Below are positions 7,223 to 15,499 of a stretch of 20,000 nucleotides of DNA, one piece after another. The notes beneath the pieces were generated by a model. It worked only from the letters and a program-made list of their open reading frames with translations, was not told where the DNA came from and did no database searches. Position 1 is the first letter of the stretch. The number at the start of each line of letters is the position of its first letter. This DNA is from an uncultured virus (IMG/VR IMGVR_UViG_3300025009_000100) (lineage: Duplodnaviria; Heunggongvirae; Uroviricota; Caudoviricetes), in the IMG/VR virus record IMGVR_UViG_3300025009_000100; one strand, 5' to 3'. Position numbers and translations under genes: made by a program.

Positions 7223-8287
7223 ATGGAAGCGAATACCACTTTTGTTGATCCTCAGAGCGGAAGATTTTCTGATTCAGAAGTCGGAAGCATGTTGGGGACA
7301 TCGTTTAACGTGAATGCCATGCGCCCGTATTGGCACAAAGGCCATGTATATATTAACCAGAAAGGCTTTGACGGCAAAATGAAAGCGGTAAAGGTAACCG
7401 CTAATGCTGCCCTGCTCAGAGACGAATGGATAGAAATTGATAAAGTTGTCCAGAAGGTTTCCCGTGAGCGCCTTGTTGGTGCTGCTGATCTTCTCGGCCG
7501 GGGCCTCACATACAATCTGACCAATCCCATGGGTAAGACCGTGTTTGAATACCAGGATATGGATGACCCCGGTGAAGCAGCAATGAGCATGGACGGGGCA
7601 ACTCAGGGTAAAGGCGACCGGCCTGATTTCCAGACCAAATACCTGCCCATCCCCATTATTCATTCTGATTTCACCATCGGGCAGAGGGCACTGGAAGCCA
7701 GCAGAAACTCAGGTGATGCCCTTGATACGACCATTGTTGAAGCACACACCCGCAGAGTAACGGAAAAACTGGAAGACCTCCTGTTCACCAATACCACTTA
7801 TGCGTTCGGGGGCGGAACCATTTATTCCTATCTGTCCTTCACTTCCAAGAATGAAGTGACCCTTTCCGCAAATTGGGATGCTGCTGGTAAAACCGGCGCA
7901 CTCATTCTGGCTGATGTTTTGAACATGATCGAAGCATCCATTACAGCAAAGCATTATGGCCCCTGGGTTCTTTATATTCCTACGGCATATCAGACAAAGA
8001 TGTCGGAAGACTATGCAACCGGGTACCCCAAGTCCATTATGCAGCGTTTGATGGAGATTGAAGGTCTTACTGCTATTAAGGTTGCCGACAGACTCACTGC
8101 GAACAAAGTTATTTTGGCGCAGATGACATCGGACACCGTTCGTTTGATTAATGGGTTCAGCCCCAAAGTCATTCAGTGGTCCAGTCAGGGCGGCATGATC
8201 CATCATTTTAAGGTTATGGCCATCCAGGTGCCCCAGATGAGAGCAGACCAGGCAGGGAATAGCGGTATCACAGTCCTTTCCGCATAG
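7223..8287 (+). CDS. major capsid protein, HK97 fold, encapsulin/Linocin M18-like
   Basis: LLRDEWIEIDKVV, LPIPIIHSDFTIGQRALEASRNSGDALDTT...RRVTEKLEDLLF and HYGPWVLYI resemble family-1 encapsulin motifs. Gene position and RBS AAGGAG fit an MCP. Confidence 0.88.
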   Translation: MEANTTFVDPQSGRFSDSEVGSMLGTSFNVNAMRPYWHKGHVYINQKGFDGKMKAVKVTANAALLRDEWIEIDKVVQKVSRERLVGAADLLGRGLTYNLTNPMGKTVFEYQDMDDPGEAAMSMDGATQGKGDRPDFQTKYLPIPIIHSDFTIGQRALEASRNSGDALDTTIVEAHTRRVTEKLEDLLFTNTTYAFGGGTIYSYLSFTSKNEVTLSANWDAAGKTGALILADVLNMIEASITAKHYGPWVLYIPTAYQTKMSEDYATGYPKSIMQRLMEIEGLTAIKVADRLTANKVILAQMTSDTVRLINGFSPKVIQWSSQGGMIHHFKVMAIQVPQMRADQAGNSGITVLSA

Positions 8288-8373
8288 TTTCAGTGAAGGC
8301 CCTTAATACCACGTATTTAATTAACAATGGGTAATCAAGCCCATTTTGTAAAGATAAAACAAGAGAGGTTCAA

Positions 8374-8868
8374 ATGATAAAAAGCACACAGAAACCCGGA
8401 GATAATCAAACACCCGGCCGTAAAGTTAAAATTGCAAAACCGGCACCCAAGCCCGTGCCTGAAAGAAAAAAACTTCGGTATAAGAAAGTGACCGGCGGCA
8501 TTTTCTTTTCTGCCACAAAGCAACCTGTCCGTAAAAATGAGATCTTCCTCGCTTACCCAGAAGAAATCCCAGCAGGGTTTGCTTCCAGTTTTATTTGCTT
8601 GGATGAAATTACAGCCTCGGCAGACCCCGGTATTAAAGTAGGGCTGGCACCTGCCGGCAAGAACTGCTGGAATGTAATTAATATCCTGACCGGCGATATC
8701 CTTAACGACTCCCCATTGGATGCCACATCCGCAAAAGCTTTTTTGGAAGAAGGCCAATCCCTTCCAACTGGCCCTGAGCCCCTGGAACCACCTGAGAAGA
8801 AATCCACGGAAACCAAAGGCAAAGAGCCTGAGGAAAAGGAAGATGACGAGGAGGAATACGACGACTGA
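8374..8868 (+). CDS. hypothetical protein following MCP (basic Pro-rich N-terminus, acidic C-terminus)
   Basis: RBS GAGAGG. Its stop overlaps the next start (TGATG). Confidence 0.7.
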   Translation: MIKSTQKPGDNQTPGRKVKIAKPAPKPVPERKKLRYKKVTGGIFFSATKQPVRKNEIFLAYPEEIPAGFASSFICLDEITASADPGIKVGLAPAGKNCWNVINILTGDILNDSPLDATSAKAFLEEGQSLPTGPEPLEPPEKKSTETKGKEPEEKEDDEEEYDD

Positions 8869-9629
8869 TGCTTTGGTCTATCCCACAAATATGGTCTGGC
8901 TATTGTTGGATATTGGGCGGAGGGGTTTCCGTAGCTGATCAATTTGGTGTGCCTGAAACCCTTATTCCTACAACCCGGGAAGAATACTATGAATTCGGTT
9001 CTTACTTGGAGCCAATTATGCGTGATCATGTCATTGGGGTAAACGTAGGTGCTTTCGTTTCTGATGCAATACCGGTGGCATTTTTTGGTGATTCCGACAC
9101 GTATAGTGACTTCCGGAGTTGGTATGATGATTTTGGAGGGATTAAAGTTTCTGGGGCCGGTAAGTTCGTCGAGCCCATGTTTACTTCCATTTATCACGTG
9201 TACAAGAGCCATAAACACGGCATTACCAGGAAACCGAATGAAGTGTCCTGGGTTGCTTACAATTCCGCTTGTGGTGCCATCAGTTTAGCATACCATTTGG
9301 GGTGCAGGGAAATATTTCTTTTGGGGATTGACCTTAAAGAAACCAGAGGCCGGGTTCATTGGCATTCTGGGTACCCGGATAAGGGTAAAACCCCCACAAT
9401 AAAACACCTGCACAAAGGTATCCCCACAAAAGAAAGCCCAGTGCCTTTTAAAATCCATATGCAGAATTATCATTTTATCGCCAGTGATGCTGAAAAGCTC
9501 GGGGTTAAAATCTGGAATGTATCGCCTGATTCTGCTTTGGATTGTTTTGAAAAGATAGATTTAAAGACCGCTTTAAAGAAAGCCTTGACTCTAACCAAGA
9601 AAGCAAGGAGCAATAATGTTAACAGATAG
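8868..9629 (+). CDS. DUF115/Maf(MptE-like) Rossmann-fold protein, putative glycosyltransferase
   Basis: Motifs CWILGGGVS, VIGVN, NSACGAISLAYHLGCREIFLLGID, HWH and IWNVSPDSALDCFEK. Confidence 0.7.
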   Translation: MLWSIPQIWSGYCWILGGGVSVADQFGVPETLIPTTREEYYEFGSYLEPIMRDHVIGVNVGAFVSDAIPVAFFGDSDTYSDFRSWYDDFGGIKVSGAGKFVEPMFTSIYHVYKSHKHGITRKPNEVSWVAYNSACGAISLAYHLGCREIFLLGIDLKETRGRVHWHSGYPDKGKTPTIKHLHKGIPTKESPVPFKIHMQNYHFIASDAEKLGVKIWNVSPDSALDCFEKIDLKTALKKALTLTKKARSNNVNR

Positions 9630-10359
9630 TCTGACCATAAATACCAAGACGCAGATTTTATGTGTGTATAAGACCGGGGGGCCTTACACGGATGAATATG
9701 TTTTGCGTCTTTTGGAAGGAGTACAACGGTATTCTACTGAAAATATTTCCTTCCTTTGCCTGACTGATGATGAAGCGTTTATTTCCAAAAAAGTATGTAA
9801 GACCAAAAAACTGAAACACGGTTGGCCGGGTTGGTGGTCCAAGATTGAGTTATTTCGGCAGGACTTGCCCAAAATTCCTTCTGTTTATTTTGACCTTGAC
9901 ACCATCATAAAAGGCAATATCGACGCACTTACCCAGCAAGCTCATTCTCATTCTTTTATTGTATTGAGGGGGTTCAGCAATAAGTTCAGGAAGCCTGGAA
10001 GCCTGAATTTTGCCAGCGGGATTATGGCAGGTTCTTTCTGGGAGTATTCGCCCGTGTATGAGTTATTCCTTGAAGACCCTGAAAGATTTATGACCATCAA
10101 ACAAGAAAATTGGATGCACGGAGACCAGGGTTTTATTGCTTCCGTAATAGGGGTTGATAACGTCCCCAGACTGCAAGAGCACCTCCAGGAAAACTACATT
10201 GTCGGTAAAAGAATTATCCATCTGGCCAATAAGATCCCGGATGAAGCTTCTGTGATTGCTTGGTCTGGTGAACCCAGGCTGCATGAATTAAACAATGGGA
10301 ACGATATCATTCACCAGGAATTATCGTCACTTTGGAATGGGTATAGGTGGCACAAATGA
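9616..10359 (+). CDS. GT-A fold glycosyltransferase (GT8-like)
   Basis: Motifs YTDEYVLRL, FLCLTD, GWWSKIELF, YFDLDTII (DxD), GDQGFI and GEPRLH. Confidence 0.85.
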   Translation: MLTDSLTINTKTQILCVYKTGGPYTDEYVLRLLEGVQRYSTENISFLCLTDDEAFISKKVCKTKKLKHGWPGWWSKIELFRQDLPKIPSVYFDLDTIIKGNIDALTQQAHSHSFIVLRGFSNKFRKPGSLNFASGIMAGSFWEYSPVYELFLEDPERFMTIKQENWMHGDQGFIASVIGVDNVPRLQEHLQENYIVGKRIIHLANKIPDEASVIAWSGEPRLHELNNGNDIIHQELSSLWNGYRWHK

Positions 10360-11330
10360 ATCCAGTTGATAAAGTAGTTTCATATTCATCTGCGAACACT
10401 CTCCCAGGGAAATTGCTTAGAATTGCCAGGACTTGTTTGACGTATGATTTATTTATCAAACCAATTCATTTTCAATTGTGCCCAACAAATGCATGTAATT
10501 TGAATTGTGCTTTTTGTTCTTGTTCCGCCAGGGAGAAATCGCAACAGCTTTCTTTAAAACAGGTGCAAAATCTTTCAGATATCTTTTATTCTTTGGGTTC
10601 AGCGGCTGTGACAATAACTGGGGGTGGGGAACCTTGCTGTCATCCGAATCTACCTGAGATAATCCGTTGTTTAAGCGGTGCCCGGTTTAAATTAGGGCTT
10701 GTCACTAACGGATATCTCATTGAAAGGATTTTAAAGGAAATTTCACTCCTGACTTGGTGCCGGGTGAGTGTATCTGATGACAGGGATTTAGACAAACTCT
10801 TTTCCATTTTATTTCCTTTGGTCACAGAGAATAAAATTGATTGGGCATTCAGTTATGTCGTCACCAGGAATTTTAAAATTCAGAAGTTTGCCAAGGCAGT
10901 CCAGTTTGCAAACGATCATGGATTCACCCACGTGAGGGCCGTGAGCGATCTCCTTGACCTTGATCGGGTTCCATCGCCGGTTTTTATCCGGGAATTAATG
11001 AAAGAATACGGAGTGGATGATTCTATCGTCATTTACCAATCCCGGCAGGAATACAGCATGGGAACGAGTAAATGTAAGATCAGTTTACTGAAGCCTGTGA
11101 TTGCTCCTGATGGATTTGTTTACCCTTGTTGTGGTGTTCAGTATGCTTTGCCTGAAACACAGGGCGTTTTCCCGGAAGAAATGCGGATGTGTCATATTGA
11201 GGATATTCCTACTTATTTTGCTTCTCAGAAAGTTTATGAGGGTTCCAGTTGCTATAGATGCTATTACCAAGAGTATAATACGGCTTTGGATTGCATGACA
11301 ACCGAATACGACCATTTGGAGTTTGTGTGA
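10356..11330 (+). CDS. radical SAM protein with C-terminal SPASM/twitch-like Cys-rich domain
   Basis: CNLNCAFC (CxxxCxxC), TITGGGEP, LVTNG, C...PDGFVYPCC...CYRC. ATG at 10356 overlaps the upstream stop (ATGA). Confidence 0.92.
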   Translation: MNPVDKVVSYSSANTLPGKLLRIARTCLTYDLFIKPIHFQLCPTNACNLNCAFCSCSAREKSQQLSLKQVQNLSDIFYSLGSAAVTITGGGEPCCHPNLPEIIRCLSGARFKLGLVTNGYLIERILKEISLLTWCRVSVSDDRDLDKLFSILFPLVTENKIDWAFSYVVTRNFKIQKFAKAVQFANDHGFTHVRAVSDLLDLDRVPSPVFIRELMKEYGVDDSIVIYQSRQEYSMGTSKCKISLLKPVIAPDGFVYPCCGVQYALPETQGVFPEEMRMCHIEDIPTYFASQKVYEGSSCYRCYYQEYNTALDCMTTEYDHLEFV

Positions 11331-11998
11331 TGATTTCCTTTATCCTTTCATATAAAGCGGCGGATCAATTCAGGGAAGAAAACATCAAATTTGTTTTGAA
11401 ACGGATAGAAGCTTTACCGATTGAAAAACAAATTATTGTGGTAGAGCAGGGCGTAAAACAAACTTTTTTTAAAGAAGGTATTGAGGTTATCTTTGTTAAC
11501 GATCCAGGGCTATTTTACAAATCCTTTTTGTATAATTTGGGTGCCCTGAACGCTAAGTATGCCATTCTGTTTTTCCATGATATTGACCTGGTGGTATCAG
11601 AAGATGTTTACTTAACCACCATCAAAGATATCCAGGAAAATGATGTGGTTGATCCCTATGGGAAGGTTGTCTATGTAGGAAATATACCCAGCGCGGTAAT
11701 CCTCGCGGGATTTGATGTAATTGTCAAAAACCCTATCAAAATCCAAGATTCTTCAGTAATTTCTGGTGGATGTTTTTGCATTAAAAAGGATGTTTTTATT
11801 CAGGTGGGTGGATTTCCGGAACAATGTATCGGTTATGGTCATGAGGACACCGTTTTTGATATTAAGCTGAAAATACATAAATGTAAAATAAAACGCAATT
11901 TATCTTATTCCGTTATCCATTTATGGCATACCCCTCAGTTGGATGAAAAAAGGAATCTTCCTATTTTTAAGGCGTATAAAAGAAAATGCAAAGCATAA
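11330..11998 (+). CDS. glycosyltransferase, GT2/GT7 (galactosyltransferase C-terminal) type
   Basis: Motifs IIVVEQ, FYKSFLYNLGA, FFHDID (DxD), GGFPEQCIGYGHED and HLWH. Start at ATG 11330 or GTG 11327, coupled to the upstream stop. Confidence 0.88.
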   Translation: MISFILSYKAADQFREENIKFVLKRIEALPIEKQIIVVEQGVKQTFFKEGIEVIFVNDPGLFYKSFLYNLGALNAKYAILFFHDIDLVVSEDVYLTTIKDIQENDVVDPYGKVVYVGNIPSAVILAGFDVIVKNPIKIQDSSVISGGCFCIKKDVFIQVGGFPEQCIGYGHEDTVFDIKLKIHKCKIKRNLSYSVIHLWHTPQLDEKRNLPIFKAYKRKCKA

Positions 11999-12741
11999 AA
12001 TATACTTTTTTATTTCCTTATTTGGATAGGATTCCCCAAACCAGGGCCACTTTAGTTTCTTTGGTTACTTTTTATGGGACCAGGGAAGATGTAGAAATCT
12101 TATTTATTCTGGATCAAAAACAAACCCTGGTGATGACCAGGGAATTATTGAACTTGGTTGATGCTTTTCATGCTTTCTTTAAAATACGACTTATACCTTG
12201 TAGTGCAAAGATTGCGTATGATCCGGCAACCGCTTATAATGATGGAGCCAAAGAAGCGAGAGGAGACTTTCTTATTCTAAGCAGCCCTGAATGTCAGCAC
12301 GATGTGGATATTTTAAAAGGGCTGGATGCAGAATTTCAAAAGAACATGGGAGCGTATGTGATCTGTTCTTGCAAAGCAACCAATCCTGATGGCTCTTTTA
12401 GACGATGGTATCAACATAGTATCCACGGAAACCGGGCTTTGAATTTTTGCACTGCTTTATCCCGGGAGAACTTTAATTTGGTAAAGGGTTTTAACGAGGA
12501 ATACACCATTGGCTATGGGTATGATGATGACTCATTCCGAGATAGGGTTTTTTACTCAAATATCCCTTTTGTATTTCGGGATGATCTTCAAGTTACGCAT
12601 CAATGGCACGAGAAGCCCCGGCCCAATAATTTTTCACAGTTATTTACTCGAAATAAGATTATTTACTCCAAAGAACGTTTAGATCAAGTAATGGATAAGG
12701 AATTGCCCTTTTTATCTACCAAGATCGCAAGGACTTTATAA
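11986..12741 (+). CDS. glycosyltransferase, GT2/GT7-like
   Basis: Motifs AYNDGAKEARGDFLILSSPE, GFNEEYTIGYGYDDDSF and HQWH. The canonical DxD position reads SPE. Confidence 0.82.
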   Translation: MQSIKYTFLFPYLDRIPQTRATLVSLVTFYGTREDVEILFILDQKQTLVMTRELLNLVDAFHAFFKIRLIPCSAKIAYDPATAYNDGAKEARGDFLILSSPECQHDVDILKGLDAEFQKNMGAYVICSCKATNPDGSFRRWYQHSIHGNRALNFCTALSRENFNLVKGFNEEYTIGYGYDDDSFRDRVFYSNIPFVFRDDLQVTHQWHEKPRPNNFSQLFTRNKIIYSKERLDQVMDKELPFLSTKIARTL

Positions 12742-12812
12742 TGCTAAAAAGAAACAGCGATTTGTTTGCCAAAGAGCGTAAAGAATTCACCAATGTGAGG
12801 ACAGTCGCATGA
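12741..12812 (+). CDS. 23-aa mini-ORF MLKRNSDLFAKERKEFTNVRTVA coupling GT to APS kinase
   Basis: Its ATG overlaps the upstream TAA (TAATG) and its TGA overlaps the next ATG (ATGA). Confidence 0.4.
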   Translation: MLKRNSDLFAKERKEFTNVRTVA

Positions 12813-13204
12813 ATCAAGTTATTTTAATAACAGGGAAAGCTGGTGCGGGTAAAACTACATTGGCAACTTCTTTGGCAAAAAATATTGATGCTGTGCTGTT
12901 AGACAGTGACGCTATCCGGGCAATTTATCCCACAGGATTTTCTGACCAAGATCGAGAACAGCATTTATTCAGGATGGCAAGTCTTGCAGCACTTATCCGG
13001 GAGCAAGGTAATAATGTTATCATAGCAGCAATAATGCCGAAAAAATCATGGCGGCAAATGATGCTTGAAAAAGTCCCTGGGGCAGCATTAATTCATATCC
13101 CGGGTGGAACATTGTGGCCTGGTACAGAATATGAGGAACCGGGTGAGGACGAAAACCCTTTATCTTTATATCAAATGAAGAATTTGAGGAATTTAGTATG
13201 CTAA
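12809..13204 (+). CDS. cysC: adenylyl-sulfate (APS) kinase-like P-loop kinase, short form
   Basis: ITGKAGAGKTTLA, LLDSDAIR, GFSDQDREQHLFRMASLAALIREQGNNVII and YEEP follow the CysC pattern (LDGD..R...GFS..DR..N..R...A). Confidence 0.75.
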   Translation: MNQVILITGKAGAGKTTLATSLAKNIDAVLLDSDAIRAIYPTGFSDQDREQHLFRMASLAALIREQGNNVIIAAIMPKKSWRQMMLEKVPGAALIHIPGGTLWPGTEYEEPGEDENPLSLYQMKNLRNLVC

Positions 13205-13917
13205 AAGACTATTCCAGTAAACCAATCTTAATCACTGGTGCGGCTCGTTCTGGAACTTCTATGGTTGCTGCTTGTTTCCACCTGTGTGGCGCTTGGAAAG
13301 GTGATACCGGAGGCCCGTCTGCATACAATGAGAAGGGGATGTTTGAGAACCTTCCTTTGCGGCAAGAGATTGTAAAGCCTTTGTTTAGGGATTTAGGATA
13401 TGATCCTCTGGGCCAATTTCCATTGCCTCCTACAAATAAAGTGAAGATCCCGTTTGATTTACGGCAGAGGGTTTTGGCCAATATTACAAAACAAGGATGG
13501 ACCCCGGAAACCATTTGGATGTACAAATGTGCAAAGATGTCTTTGTTATGGCCTGTTTGGGCTTTTGCCTTTCCTGAAAGCAAATGGATCATCGTTCGCA
13601 GGAGAAAAGAGGATATCATATTCTCATGCATGCAAACTGCTTTTATGCGGAGTTTTAACCAGCCACATATTCTGCGCAGAATGGGGTTTAAACAACCGGA
13701 AGAAGGATGGAATTACTGGGTAGAATTTCACGAAAATAAATTTAATGAGATTATCAATCAAGGGATCAATACCAAAGTAATTTGGCCCGAAAAGATGGTC
13801 AAAGCAGATTATTCTGAATTGAAAGATGCCATTGAATGGGCAGGATTGCAGTGGAATGGCCAAGCAGTTATGGAATTTATTGAGCCACGGCTTTGGCGTG
13901 CCAGGAGGAACAAATGA
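13198..13917 (+). CDS. PAPS-dependent sulfotransferase family protein
   Basis: 5'-PSB-like loop PILITGAARSGTSM, N.KGMFEN, WMYK, and FPESKWIIVRR (3'-PB-like). Adjacent to the APS kinase. Confidence 0.8.
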   Translation: MLKDYSSKPILITGAARSGTSMVAACFHLCGAWKGDTGGPSAYNEKGMFENLPLRQEIVKPLFRDLGYDPLGQFPLPPTNKVKIPFDLRQRVLANITKQGWTPETIWMYKCAKMSLLWPVWAFAFPESKWIIVRRRKEDIIFSCMQTAFMRSFNQPHILRRMGFKQPEEGWNYWVEFHENKFNEIINQGINTKVIWPEKMVKADYSELKDAIEWAGLQWNGQAVMEFIEPRLWRARRNK

Positions 13918-14294
13918 GCAGAACAAATCATGTAGAGGTTCAGGCAATTATCCCGGATACAATTTCCTCAATTGTGATTGATGCTTTTATCGTGCTTGCC
14001 TCCACTATGGTTGACAATACCGTTGCAACCTCTGGTATGGATGACACTTTACTGGAGCAGATCGAGCAGTTTTTAACTGCCCACCTCCTTTATACCACGG
14101 TTAAAAGACAGGTACAAAATAAATCCGTTGGTGACGCATCTGAAAGTTACGCGAAGCTTGGTGAGGGTTTAAAAGCAACGACGTATGGTGTGATTGTAGC
14201 TCAGTTAGATTATACCGGTATTTTGGTGGATACCGGGAAAAGTACAGCAAAGATTGAAGCTATACCATCATTTGATGACAGTGAGGTCCTTTAG
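13914..14294 (+). CDS. head-tail adaptor / head completion protein
   Basis: IEQFLTAHLL...KSVGDASESY...GLKATTYG. RBS AGGAGG before ATG at 13914. Confidence 0.75.
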   Translation: MSRTNHVEVQAIIPDTISSIVIDAFIVLASTMVDNTVATSGMDDTLLEQIEQFLTAHLLYTTVKRQVQNKSVGDASESYAKLGEGLKATTYGVIVAQLDYTGILVDTGKSTAKIEAIPSFDDSEVL

Positions 14295-14639
14295 ATGTTA
14301 AGCGGGGCATTAAATCAAGCAGCAGTTTTGTGGTCTAAAAATACCACTGATGGATACGGAAAGATTACGTACAACACTGCTGTTTTATTAGATGTCCGTT
14401 GGCAAGAAAGCTCAAAATTGTTTATCAGCCAAACCGGGAAAGAAGAAGTCAGTGCACATGTAGTTTACGCAGAAACTTCTATTGATTTTGATGATTATTT
14501 ATGGCTTGGGAGTTTAGCTTCTTTATCTGCTGGACAAAAGGCAGACCCAATGCTTGTTACAGGTGCTTTGCCAGTCAGGGGCAGGAATAAATCATACGAT
14601 TTGCAGGGCGGGACGTTTGTTTCGAAGGTGTTTTTATAA
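14295..14639 (+). CDS. head closure (head-tail joining) protein
   Basis: DGYGKITY, VRWQ and GKEEVSAHVVY motifs, and gene position. Confidence 0.7.
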   Translation: MLSGALNQAAVLWSKNTTDGYGKITYNTAVLLDVRWQESSKLFISQTGKEEVSAHVVYAETSIDFDDYLWLGSLASLSAGQKADPMLVTGALPVRGRNKSYDLQGGTFVSKVFL

Positions 14640-14640
14640 A

Positions 14641-15060
14641 ATGTATCCAGCAAAATACTTAAAGGGATTGGATGACGTTTTGGGCAAATTAAAAAAAGCC
14701 ACAGACGCTATCCCAGGTAAAACTCTAAAAGGGTTAATCCGGGCAGCAATAATTGTCCGTAGGGATATGGAACAAACGAAGCCTAAAATACCAGTAGACA
14801 CTGGGAACTTGCGCTCCAGTTATTTTTTGGTTACCAGTAATGGTGATACGCGGGATGGTTCGAATCCAGGAGTACCAAAACAAGCAGTCCCTGGCCCTTA
14901 CGTAGCTTTAGGTTTCTCCGCTAATTATGCTGTGAAAGTGCATGAAGCAGTAAATGTTACTTTTCAGAGGCCCGGTTCCGGGGCAAAGTTTTTGGAAAGT
15001 GCTTTAGACAGGAATGCAAAATCTATATTGGAAATGATACAGAAAGAGGCAAAAGTATGA
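14641..15060 (+). CDS. HK97 gp10-like neck / tail completion protein
   Basis: LKGLDDV, PVDTGNLRSS, YAVKVHE and AKFLESAL motifs. ATG at 14641 directly follows the upstream stop. Confidence 0.85.
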   Translation: MYPAKYLKGLDDVLGKLKKATDAIPGKTLKGLIRAAIIVRRDMEQTKPKIPVDTGNLRSSYFLVTSNGDTRDGSNPGVPKQAVPGPYVALGFSANYAVKVHEAVNVTFQRPGSGAKFLESALDRNAKSILEMIQKEAKV

Positions 15061-15458
15061 GTCAAGTAAATCCACCCAGTTTAGATTTGAAAGACATGTT
15101 GGATAATTCAAATTCTGGACTGGTGTTGACTTTTGGTACCAATTTATTTTTGTCCTCTTTGCCTGATATGCCGCATAATGCTGTATGTTTGTATGATACT
15201 GGAGGATTACCTCAGTTACAGTATGCATTAGAACGGCCAAATGTACAAGTCCGTGTCAGAAATATTGATTATTTAACTGGGTACCGTTTAATTCGGGACA
15301 TTAAATACTATTTGCATCAAGCAAGAAATGGGGAAATCTGGAATGGGACAAGATACATCCAGATTGAAACTCGCTCCGATATTTTATATATTGGGCAAGA
15401 TGAAAAAAATAGGCATTCTTGGACACTGAATTTCAGTATTTGGCGGTCTGGGAATTAA
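15057..15458 (+). CDS. tail terminator (often annotated 'minor capsid protein')
   Basis: LYDTGG, PNVQVRVR and YIGQDEKNRHSWTLNF motifs. Lies directly before the tail tube. Confidence 0.8.
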   Translation: MSQVNPPSLDLKDMLDNSNSGLVLTFGTNLFLSSLPDMPHNAVCLYDTGGLPQLQYALERPNVQVRVRNIDYLTGYRLIRDIKYYLHQARNGEIWNGTRYIQIETRSDILYIGQDEKNRHSWTLNFSIWRSGN

Positions 15459-15499
15459 CACAACTGTGCACAAGCACTATATAATGTAAGGAGAATATA

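Noticed and set aside
7223..8287. Cellular encapsulin nanocompartment operon
   Set aside because: The gene is flanked by portal, protease, connector, tail tube and tape measure genes, so it is a viral capsid.
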